From Ascidiella aspersa (lineage: Eukaryota), in the NCBI GenBank assembly GCA_963924565.1, contig OZ004609.1:30070001-30134000 (forward strand): a stretch of DNA of 64,000 bases, read 5' to 3'. Shown here in pieces: positions 39,001 through 51,200 of this stretch. Below the pieces are notes generated by a model, which was not told where the DNA came from, searched no databases, and was given only the letters and a program-made list of their open reading frames with translations. Both the position numbers and the translations under genes were made by a program. The stretch's first letter is position 1, and the number at the start of each line of letters is the position of its first letter.

Positions 39001-39639
39001 CGCGGGGTTACGACGGGTCATTGCGTCGTACATGTGTCAATAACGATGCGTTCGGTTATGTGTGTTGAGACGTTGCGGTGTTCGTGAATGAGGTTTGTGT
39101 TTAAACTTGTCGCCTGTCACAGCGGACTCCATTATACGTGAGCAGATACGGGATTATGCCACCCACGGCTCTCATGGTCTGGTGGGCCCATCTCTTTACC
39201 AAGCGTGTAAATAATTGTACTACACATCGCTTTTTAAGTGTACCTGTCTTCGAACATGACACTCCCACTTAAATGGTTGTCGGGCCGCAAATGACATGCT
39301 AACTGGCGGCTGAAGTCCGCAGACAGCATAATATTTATGCAATAGATTAAACCTGTTTGTCTTCTATTACATAATGTCATCGATGGACCCTCGGTAATAG
39401 ATTGATTTTTGCTTTACTTTTAGCAATTCTGCTGTGTTCTTGCTTCGGTAGAGTTATTCATTACAAAATTACAATTGTTATTATTCTTGCAACTTATCTT
39501 CAACCATGGTCTACAAACTTATTACGTAGCGTCTCGTTTAGTTTAACAATAGCGTTGAATAGAATAAAATATATATATCATAAAAAACTAATTATATTTA
39601 ATACTTTAATTTCTTTAAACAATTTGATTTAATAAAAAT

Positions 39640-39992
39640 ATAAAAGCCATAATATTTGATAAAAGCGACATTTCGCAATTTACAGACGTTTCAGCAATAA
39701 CTCATGCCATCATCAGTGTAAAAATGAAGTAAAGTTAAAAGCGATAAAACGTAAAAAGAAAGGAAAAAGGACACAAAATAGCAGCGAAAAAAAGGCGATG
39801 TATGGGTCAGTGCATACTGCTAGGTGTTAAAAAGATATAAAGGTGCCGAGGTTGTATCTATGTTGAGTTCTGGTTTATGATGTTGGATCATCAGCGATTC
39901 CAGCAAAAAAAGGCGATATTTGTCATGCCGCGAACCCAATATTTCCGGTTTGTTGAAATTAACCTTATGTGTCGGATGTGTATGGGATATGA
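39640..39992 (-). mobile_element. 5'-truncated Penelope-like retroelement (GIY-YIG endonuclease C-terminus plus 3' hammerhead)
   Basis: Minus 39992-39820 translates IISHTHPTHKVNFNKPEILGSRHDKYRLFLLESLMIQHHKPELNIDTTSAPLYLFNT*, the H..F....IL......L.LLESL.I....P.LN....S.PL.LF end of PLE ORFs. Hammerhead about 100 nt downstream. Confidence 0.85.
39679..39722 (-). ncRNA. Minimal type-I hammerhead ribozyme, intact core
   Basis: Minus strand TTTACA-CTGATGA-T-GGCA-tgagttat-TGCT-GAAA-CGTC-TGTAAA: 6-bp stem I, 4-bp stem II, palindromic ACGT stem III, GUC cleavage site. Confidence 0.85.
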
Positions 39993-40058
39993 TTTAAGTT
40001 TAAAAAAATTAAGAACGACATATTTGTATTTCCAAGAAGCATTTTTTACGTGTTAGAC

Positions 40059-40590
40059 CAGGGATGTCCAACCTGCGGCCCGCCTGATATCTACGTGCGG
40101 CCCACCACGTATTCTTACTTTCAGTAGCCTTAATTAAAAACGACTGTTTCGACTATCATCAAAACGTGTAGAACGCGCAGTATTTGATGTAGGCCTAATC
40201 TTATTTTTTTTCTGAGACTATAATCGAGTCTAATGTCGCATTTCAACATCTATTGAACATTTTGTGCACCCATCATTGCTATAGTAAGATGTGTGTTTTT
40301 CTAAATGTGTGTTTTTCCGGACCGTTTTAAGGAAATATATCAGCCCAAACATGTAAAAACTCAAATTTTCGCGCTTCGCCATACCAAAAAATAAATAAGG
40401 TCGAGATTACTTGCATATTTGCGCATAAGTTCACTCTCGAAGAGCGGGTGTTTATAAGTTAGGTTGTTTTATGACGTCACGATATGACGTAACTTATGAC
40501 GTAACCCCTTTAATTTGAGAGGTTTTGCCGCCCATCGAAATTTTGAAAGTGACAATGCGGCCCATCCTGCTAAAAGGTTGGACATCCCTG
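40059..40590. mobile_element. hAT (Buster/Charlie-type) MITE
   Basis: TIRs cagggatgtccaacct / aggttggacatccctg; perfect 8-bp TSD tgttagac. Confidence 0.93.
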
Positions 40591-42200
40591 TGTTAGACAC
40601 TTAGCTTAGCTTATAGTCGATTCAAGCCAAACAAGCGTAATCGTAAATTGTCAATGAATAAATAACAAGAAACACCACAAGGGAAAATAAGTAACAATAT
40701 TACGTCAAGGATTTTTTTAGTTTAACAATAACTTGGCATCAACCAAACCTAAAGATAAACACTCTCCTCGCTTCACGAAGAACTTATTTGCCTCCTCTAA
40801 ATGCAACCGTCGCGATAACAATGGCCCCATCGCAAATTAAATGTTTGTCTTTCTTTCTAAACTTCGCCAAATCATTTTTATCGCGACTAAACTATTGTTG
40901 TGCTATCTCAAGTACGTATCTCTCTATTCAAAACTAAATCAATGCAATATAGTCAGGAAATTCCTAAAATGAGTCCTGAAAATATCTGACGAAACATTCA
41001 TTTAAACATAAAACAAGATTGCTTAAAAATATATACAAAAATAAAATTAACAATTAAAAAAAAATAAAAAAAAAATAAAATAACGTAGCCTAAGAAAAAC
41101 GAGAAAACATTTTACGCTTATTGCATCTCCAAATTTTTATGTATTTTGAACGTTTTGAAAATAAAACTGCAAACAGCACACACACATTCCCCTTTTCAGT
41201 TCCGACTCTCGTTGTGATACCAACTTAATTTTGCGATCTCATGTCTGAAAACGACATACCCAAATATACAACGTCGATCTGCATTTAGTTGGAATTTTTT
41301 AATCAGGGTTGAATGTACTTATGACGAATTGACAGTCGGTTGTCAACTCTACAAGCAACTGTAACCATAGCACCACTTGGCCACGGAAAAAGTTCCCCAA
41401 CCCTGTACTGAAACAACAAATTCACGGATTCTTGTAATTGTGACGTCGCGATATATTAAGCGTTTAATATTGCGCCGCGAAGGCTCCAGGGCTTAAAAAG
41501 GGTGAAACACCCCATTTACCTTGCGATCACTGCAACATTACACCACATTGATAAGAACTTCAACATGTGGAAAACATGCAATCAGTAGTGAGAAAATGCT
41601 ACGAACACTGTCAATAAAAAAATTAAGCGCTCAATATCGCGCCGCAAAGGCCAAGAAAGGGAAACTCCTTTTTCACCTTGTAATCTCTTTAATTTTTCAC
41701 GACAGTGAACTATGTTAAAAACGAGCAATCGGCCGTAGTAAGAAAAAACTTAACGATCAAGGTAAATGGAATAGTTTTAGGCTCATCTGTCACGGTCGGG
41801 TGCCATCTAGTCACGTGACAAATCCAAGCGTTCTCCCACGCGAATTTTCGCTTTGGCCTGATCGCTTTCTGTGCGTTTTATGGTCGGCCACTCGGCCAGA
41901 CACGGGCCTCCTAATCCCGATCGCTTTTCAAAACTGCTTTGTCGCAATTCGGGCTGCCGCGAACAAAGGGCGAAAAAGGAAGGAAAAGGCCAGCAGGGCT
42001 GCGTATATAGACTGGAAATCGTAGACGGCGGATATTGACGTATAAGTAGGCAGCGGATTTAGATTTAAGGTGACAATTTAATTTGATGCTAAGTAAGGCG
42101 AAATCTTAATGCAAAGTGTATTTCTTTTAATATCCTATTAATATAATGAAGCTTTACAGATTTCTATCGGAGTTAGTGTGTATACAACTATTTAAAAGAT

Positions 42201-45200
42201 ATGGACGCTGCAATAGCGGCCAGCCGAAACGCCTCATTCCTTTCGCCGCATCTGCAACGAACGGCGGGCCGGCAAGTTGAAAAGTCCGGCGGGATACCGG
42301 CGCCGGAACCCGAGGTCGCCCACCCCACGTGGAATCGGTCATGTTGGCCAGAATGGGCGTTCGCATTTCCCGCTTGGGGAGCGGCCGCCTACCCGATGTC
42401 CAGCGGCAACCAGCAACAGCAACAGCAGCAGCAACATGCAGAGTTGTATTCGCGCATTCTGGAGCTGCATCGCATTGCTGCTCTGCGGCAACGAATGAAC
42501 AATTTGACGGCAGGCGGCCTTGACCTTACACAGGGAAATTTTATAAGAAGCTTGGAAGAGCAAAATGCGGCAACAGTTGGCGAAACGCAAGCCTCTTCTG
42601 TCGGAAGCAGCCAACGATGCCAGGCGCACTGCTCAGCTGGCCTCAAGTCGCCCTATTCGCCCCATTCGAGTTCCGATTCGACTGCTAATAACGCCCCCGC
42701 TGCCCCTGACTCCCGCTCTTGCGACTCTGGAAGTAAAGAGGCCCCCGATGAGGTCCCTTTCCTCAAGTTTGGGGTGAGGGCGATCCTGGCCAAACGCCCC
42801 TCGTCCAGCGCTTGCTCACCCCCAAGCAAAGGTAGGCGACTTGCTCACCCTTTCAACGTGAATAGTTTTGTCTTTTGGTGGCAAATTTCGCAACGAAACA
42901 AATAAACCAGAGGTTTTTAAACTTTTTTACCACCGTAGGCAAAAACAACGTTTCTTCAAAAAATAGACTTCTTAGATATATACTAAAATTTCAATTAGGC
43001 CTACATGGACCCCCTAACACTATTTCACGGGCTTCCAACGGGTCGATGGGCCCCTGGTTAACAACCAATAAAATAAACGAAACCTGCGTTTCCTTTGTTC
43101 CGGATTATTTGTCCCATCTGTGTCATTATCTGTGAGGTTGGATTTCATTTTGGTCGAAAGCTTTTTAATTAACAGGAGTCTGGATTTGCTTGCAAGCACC
43201 GGGATTTGGTTTAAAATCATAGATATGAATTCGTTTTAATAAACTATTATAACTTGCCATCTACCACTTTGCGGACGTGAATCTTATACACATTGTAGCA
43301 GTGTATTTTTTAAGAAGATTTTAGGGACCGAAACGGCCTCCTAAATTTATTAACGTTTTCCTTCTTTTGTAACTAACTCAGGCAGTTGATAATAGTGATA
43401 AATAGTCGTTGTTAAGCGGGTCGTTGTGGTCTTTATTTTTCGGTAAAGTTTTCAAACGTCGCTACTAAAATTGAATAAACTTTACTGATACAGGAAATGT
43501 TATTTTTTGCAATCTATCTGATGTTTAAGGGCTGCTTTTTTCGTGACCCTGTTTATCCTTAGTTTCAATCAAACGTTAGTTATGTAAATAGCAATGCATG
43601 TTCGATAGGCATTTCCAAAATTCGCATTGTACTGTTGTTCGTGGTTTGTCATTCACGCACAAAATACAGCAATTTTATTTGGTATTGAGTTTACGTGCCT
43701 GTCAATATTTATTTGCAAAAAGGGCAAACATGCGTCTTCACCACATCTCAATTTGTCGGCCATTTTTATTTTCCCGACGCCGTGGTATAGCCTTGCTGTC
43801 TCCTGAGAAACAATTTTACAATTTTTTTGTTTAAACACAAGTTTAACTGTGGTAAATCGGTAAATATTAAGCCATAACACTGCTCTCTAATAGTCTTTCA
43901 TGGAGGGAAATCTCATTTTCAACAAGGCAAACATCCATATTTGCTCAAATAGCTCTTGTGTGCGCTCGAAATGGATTGCTCACTTGAGCTTCGTTCTTGT
44001 TTCGGAAACTTGCCTTTTGCGCTCGCGTTTATAAGTCCTTTTAAATAACCCAGATTAACGACTGCGAAATAATTATTATCTGTGATTTTTGACTTGTAGT
44101 GGAGATAGAATAAATTTTCCAATTATACGAATGTTTGTTAATAGGAAAAATTAACGAGCATTATTAAACCATCTTAGTTTCTGTTAGTTTATTTTGTGCC
44201 ACTGTCTTTTTTATACAAAAACGCAATCGGTATTCTAATTAATGAATAAATAAATAGTTTCGAATTCGCTTTATTTAACACATATGCTGAAATTGGGCTG
44301 TGTCAAGTAAAAACCTATATTTCCATCAAGCAAAAATTTTTTTTTTTCGCCCATATAATACCATTGAAATACAAACATCATCTTGCAAAAAAATGCACAG
44401 CTCTTTTTCAAAAGTGCACCCCTCTTCAATGCCCTGTTTTCGACTCGTCTCTCACCATTCGGCCTTATAGCAAGTCTGAAATGTCGCCACTTATTAAACC
44501 TTGCTTATGTCGCTCCCCGCAAAAACCTTTACGCCTTGACTCGAAAGCGTTGTAAGGTTTTTCATCCTCCGCTAATTTGGTTCCATGTCAGGCGCTGCTT
44601 TTGAATGTTTCTGCGGCTTTTTACACTTATCGAGTGGAGTGCTACCAGTTGGATTAAACAGTGTTTTCTCAACCCTTTGAACACATTGCCAAGGATACTT
44701 TGATTTGATGGTAATTCAGTTTAAAAGTTTTTCTGTTTTTTTTTAATCTGAACACGGTGTACTAGGTAACAAGTTCAAAAGGACATTGATCTTTTTAATA
44801 TATGGTCATGAGAAAAACACTATTCGGTTACTGCAACGCTGGGCACTTATTTTTTATACGGGCACCATAAGAAACACAAATTGTCTTTTAAAGGCCGGGT
44901 AAAAATGAAATTTGAAATGCAAATAATATAAAGCTTTATTCGTTTTAAACGAAAACTGTAAATACCTTGTTTTGACAAGCTGGCAAGAGTCAGAGTACAC
45001 GACGATGCCCTACAAGCGTAATTTGTATTATAAAATATTCTCAAAAAGTAAAGGCTTTATTTTGTTTGAAAATGCTTTTTGAAAAATACCGCGGGTTGTA
45101 GTTTGCCCAGGCCTGGGTTGGTGACAAGTGATAGCAAGTATATTACTTCTTCATTAGGTGTAAGCTTACTAGTGTTTGAGTGCATGTTTTATTACTCCGA

Positions 45201-48200
45201 GGTTCCTTAATGGAAATAGCGTTACGAACCCCGTGTGTTACACGATAAAAAGTGCAACCACGAGACAACTATCTTGTTTGCGTTACTCCCTCTTCTCATT
45301 ATAACAGTTACGTAATAACTTTGCTCATAAACCGATCGAATAACCATCTCGTCATCGCATTTGCGTGGTTCGCCCTCGTCACTTTTCCGAGGCGTTGTTT
45401 TACATTGCTCGAACGCCGTCGAGAAAAACTCCCGGTTTTCGATAAAGCTTTTGATTCGGACGGATGAATCAGCGCCATGTGCGCGGATCCCATGAGGGCG
45501 GCGTCCGCGTCGAGCAAACAGCGAAATCTCGTAAACGGAAACGCGATGTTTGCTCGCCAAACGATAAACGTCGCCGGGCGATTGGCCTCTTTGATTCGCG
45601 TCGCTTTCTTGGCGGGTGAATACGCGAAATAACACACACCTGGCGGTTTGGAGATTGCAGCAGCTCTTGCCACAACAAACGGCGTTTTACGGCGTGATTA
45701 AAAACAAATCATACGCCGCTGTCATGTGGTTTAAGGTAATTAGGCAACCATAACTCGCGGCGGTATATTAGTGTTTGAAACGGATAGCTATAACAGTTTT
45801 CGTTTGATGACAGTTTCATGATACCTTATAAGCACAAAATTACTACACAAAATTAACAAAAAAAGGTTTACTTCTTCGCTATAATTCAAACCAGTTATAA
45901 ATCTGTATGCTAAGGCGATTGCGCATTCTGTTACATATAGTTAAAAATGCTCAAACTTAAAAAAAAGGAAAGGCATTTCGTTCGTACCCCCAAAACTGGT
46001 TTGGCTTACGGCCTTATTGGCCCTTATACCTTTTATTTCATTGATCTTTTATCTAAAAACGTCACACTGAAAATTTATAAGCTGTTAATAGTAATTAATT
46101 TTTTAATGGAAAACTTCCTTGTGAACGTTATTTAGTATTTGGTAGCGTTTATGGTGCCACGGCAAAATGTATTCTTCAGTCGTAAGACTGTCCCTGATTG
46201 CTGTTAAATCAATAAAACAAAATACTGATTAAAAAGTATATTGTAGTGCTCTCTCAAATTTACTTTTAAGGTAATAAAAAAAAAAAAAAAACGCTGGACG
46301 TTGGCTTTAACTTTACGTAAGCGCGCTAAAACAAGAAGCAGCAATTTCCGTTGCCAGAATAAACAACCAGCTGGAATACAGAGTGTACTTTGCTAAATTT
46401 AGAATTTATAAATCTGGCGGCGGCGCGCACGCATAGTATTCAGGACGCCAATACGTTTCGCCGCTGTGTGTAAATGTCAACACTCTTATTATACTCTCCC
46501 AATACGAGGCGCAATACGCTGTAAGGCCTGGCGAAACATGGCGAATGCGTCGATCGGGAGTTTCTGTCGCCTTACGACCGGCCTTATCCAGCTGTTTACA
46601 TATTTGCAGCTCATTGTGACCTGCACAACGACATGCCCGGCGCAATTCCACTCCTATATACCCGCCCCGCCACTGGCTTTATCATCTGTTTTATGCCAAA
46701 CGATGTCCTGTCCGCGTATTGACACACGTGTAAGGATATTTGAGGTTTGCTTTACTTGGCGCGGAACATTATAGGCCTGTGCAACGTTTCTGTTTATAAT
46801 GCAATAATACTTCCTTGAGAAAAGGCTAACTACCCAACCCCTTTCCATGTCTGAAACATCACTAAAAACATATACATTTAATACCATTAAATAAAGACAA
46901 GAATGTTGACTTATAATATCAAGCATTCTGCGCCCACACTATCCATCTTGTCTAATAAAAATTGCTTGTGTTTTTACTTAAAAGTTGAATCAAAGCTACA
47001 CCTTTTCTTGAAACAAATACTTTCATTTTTATTGTTTTCAATAAGGTGTTTAACATACAAGAAAACTTGTTTACTTTAAAATATATCAAGCTCTATTTCT
47101 CAAACCAAACTGCCACATGTCCCGATTAGCATTTCGATATTATTAAAATTAACGACTGTTTTTGCTATATATGAGCATATATCAAGTTCGCTTCGCTCAA
47201 ATCAGCGTGTCAGCAATTCAGTCTCACGAAAATCGATTGTTTCTTCTGCCTAACCTCTGAATGTTCCCGGATAATTCAGTCATGTTAAGTCTGTTTAAAC
47301 CTTTCTTAACCGATATCCCTAGTAGCCAAGATAGCGATCTAGCGCGTAACCCAAGCGCAAACCCCAAACGGCCAGTCGCCAGAGTGACCTGAGAGCGCGA
47401 AAAACACCAGTTTCCTGTCCGCCATCCAACCTGGTCAGTCACGTGGCCGACCTTGATTTTATCAGCTGACCTTGGCCATTCATCGGCGGTCATTTGTCCA
47501 CATGGATCAGAAATCCGATAGCCTAAGCGCGTAGCTATGCTGGTCATACGACGCCACGCGATTGCGACCCTTATTAACCCCGCGACCCCGAGTCACCCCG
47601 CGCCCAGTTAAGCATCGCTAAAATGTTTAGGGTTACAGGGAATTAATTGGCCATCACCGGCCAAAAACCTGAACAGTCGTTTGTCCAGCGGCCGACCGCA
47701 TTTAACATCAGGTCCACGTGAACTGTATGACCTTCAACCTCTTCTCGCTAAGCCTGATTGGCTGCACGTGTTGCCTTTTCCGATGAGCACCTATCTCATA
47801 TCGCTTTTGCCAATCTTTGCTGCCCGCTTGGATTCAATGTAACGCAAGACCAGTTGGGAGCTGCCATTTTGTTTCGTTGATTTTTTCGGTTTTTTGTCCG
47901 ATTTCTCTGCGCGTCAAATTGTTAAGTAACAAGCGTTTTGGGGAGCAGTTAATTTGCTTCTTAATTTATTCCGCTTTGTTTATACAAATTGATATTGCAG
48001 TGATAAAAGTATCACCTTGGAGTTTACCGTAAAAAATATTAAACTCAATTTTTTTATTTGAATCTTGGATATACATTTGCGAAATACAAATTACGGAATT
48101 TCTTAAGTGCGCTGTTGTGGTTGAAAAGTATACGAACTTCGAGGTTCTAAAATATAATCTAATTTTTGAATGCGGATAGATCAATTTAGAATTACAGTGT

Positions 48201-51200
48201 TATTATTTACGTTTTTCAGTTCAACACTCTATTACGTCACGGTTTCCCGATCACGTGACAGTCTCCCCGACCAATGAGACTCCCTCACCGATGCATATCG
48301 CGCAGCCCTGTCACTACCTGCCCTCACCTACGTTTTTAGGTAAGACGCTATATTAGAAATAATTATATTATATATCATTCATGTCACTCCAAACGTTTAC
48401 TTTATTTTCGGGGATCACGCAACAAACGTTTTACACTGCTTTCCGTAAACAGTCTTTAAAAAGTATTGGAGTGCAATACAAACAAAAATTGCTAAAAACT
48501 CGTCCGTGAGCATAAAGGAAGGTTTTAGCTTTATTAAACTTTAATCGCAAACAACCGATACAATTACAATTTTAATGCACTAACCTCAAGCTGGTTTAGA
48601 CTTAATATTTCGACGCAAATGGCGCTAGTTTACACTTGAATTGACTTAAGTCATCCGGGCAAAATAACTTTACTTATATTACATGACTTGATTTAATTTC
48701 ATTTTATTTGGTGTTTTCTTTCTAAATATAAAATTCGACCCGATAAAGGTTTAGATAAAGTATAAAAAAATAATAGTATGACAAAAAAATGATAAAAAAG
48801 CAACATATTTCTGACATTTTCGCCTAATAAAAAGTCGTGTCGCGTCTAATCTCCAAGTCGAATCACTAATGAAAAAGTAAAACGATAAACCAATAAAATA
48901 GGTAAACTTCGATTATAAGCAATAATTCAACTAAGAAATAACCATAAAGTGGCAATCAGAAAAAAATCGAAGTTTTAATTTGAAAGGTGTCGCGTCTGAT
49001 TCAAGCGATCCAACAGGTATCTAAAGCCGGATAAACACCTTTGCAGGACACCGGTACGTTCCGCACCCGAACCTCAACCCACACAACCAGCAGCACCCTC
49101 ATCACCACCAGCATCATCATCCAGCCGTCCTCCCTTGGCTTCCCGCCGCCATCCGTGGCAAGAATCGTCGCGGGATGTTGCGACGAGCCGTGTTCTCGGA
49201 CGCTCAGCGCAAATCGCTGGAGCGCAAGTTCCAGCAGCAGAAGTACATCGGCAAGCCCGAGCGCAAGAAGCTGGCCGCCAAACTCGGCCTCAAGGACTCG
49301 CAGGTGAATTGGCACAATCAGCTAAGATATCAAGGCGTGTCAAATTATTTTTGATAGATTTTCTTAAGCCAGGGGTTCTCATACTTTTATTAACCCTGAC
49401 CCACTAAAATAATTTGTCAAGGACTCACAGGTGAATTGGACAAACAAGTGAAGAAATCAGTTCCATTTTTGACAGATATCCTAAGACATGGGCTTGAACA
49501 AAACACGGAGCATGGTAAATTCCATTCCTAAGGTTGTCCGTTCTTTTTAACATCAGTTAAAAGGTGGAAATAACCACGCTTTTACAGTTAAAAGGTGGAA
49601 ATAACTACGCTTTTACAAATTTCCACCCTCGGAGTTTGTAATTTCCACCCCAAAATCGTACCCCGATTTACAGTGCGGATACCCTTTTTGACAGAGACCC
49701 TTAAATAGGAGTGACTCTCAAACTAATTTTTAACGCTGACCCATTAATATGATTTGTCAAGGATTAATGGGATTTTCAGAAATTGCGTTAATGGGATTTT
49801 CAGAAACAGTCATTAGGAAACAAGTATAGAGTTAAGAAACCTGCTGTTTTTGTTTGACATGAAGTCTAAATACATTTGAGAAGAAAGCACGACTTTTTTT
49901 CAATTTAAACTATTTTCTTTTCTACACCAAGATTTACACACCAATTATACACCAAGATTTTAATTGGGCCTTCATGGATCCCTAAATCTAATCATCGAAC
50001 CTACAAAGTGGTCCCAGTTTAAAAACTCCTGTAAAGCAAGCCTGTGTTTTGTGACGCCCTCCTATGTGGCATATATCCTTGTTCGCAGGATATTTGGCAC
50101 ACTGAGTAATGGTTGTTCCTTTTTAGCTTTATATAATTGTGTTAGGGTGTTCGCATGACTTCCACCTATATGTGGCTTATTCTTGAGCTAAAATATAGTC
50201 GGAGTATATGACGGTCTGGATAAGAATATTAAGAACGAGGGGATTTCAACAGGGGTCCTCGAAAGTCATTTTGAAATTAAGTCCAAGTTACGTCTTCCAA
50301 ATTTAATGAGTCAAGTCTCAGTCAAAGTCTTCAGTTGCCCACGCCCACTCCCAATATCAAGTCATCTACAAGTCAAATTACAAAAGTAAAACGACAAACC
50401 ATTAAAATTGGTAAACTATTATCGATTATAAGCAATAATTCAATTTAACAAAAAAGAAGCACTATCGTTTTACGCGCAAAACTTGAGAGTAAAACTCAAT
50501 TTTATAACCAATGATCAATGAAAATTTCAACCCAAGTCAATGACTAAGGTCTAAGTCGAGTGAATTGAAAACATTGACTTGAGTACACTTAGTCAAGTCA
50601 TTACAACTGTTGACTAGATTATATCATTCATTTGTTTTGCTGTCAGTAAACGTTTTTTTGGTGGTTTATCTGCGTGTTTTGTTCAAAATTAGTCATGTTT
50701 TTTTTTAACTCTGTAGTGTCATCATACCGGACACATTGTGAAAGTCGATTTAATTCAAGGTAGCGTTTTTCCAAGGACTAAACCTTGGTGTAGCATCTGC
50801 AGGGACCGTTTGACTCCCAATTTACCTTTTTTATAGTTGTATGTTTCTTTTAATCATCCGTGATTTCGGAACGCTTTTTGATGCGTTATTCCCATTTTGT
50901 TTCGCGTTGCTGTCAATCTGCATAAACTATTAGCATACAGTGAGTTGATCACAAAATATATACATTGACATTTTCTATCAAAACCGGTGCATTTTGTGAT
51001 GTAGGCCTATATAGGTCACCGTTAAATCAAACACATACTTGCGTGTTAATTGTATTTTTTCCTATCATCCCCATATAAATTAACCATTTTGTTTAGTAAT
51101 GTTTTTGTGTTATGCTTTTTGAGTTGTTTTAGGGACCGAAAATCTTCCAACGGTATTTTTAAATACAACCTACAATTCGCTTTTTAGCAACATTGGTTAT

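Noticed and set aside
42339-42646. Poly-Leu and poly-Cys minus-strand ORFs
   Set aside because: Antisense readings of the Dbx CAG/CAA poly-Q tract.
49001-49315. 104-aa minus-strand ORF and alternative plus frames
   Set aside because: Shadows of the Dbx homeobox exon.
49554-49617. 31-bp tandem duplication (similar ones at about 49765 and 62968)
   Set aside because: Ordinary slippage duplications with no further structure.
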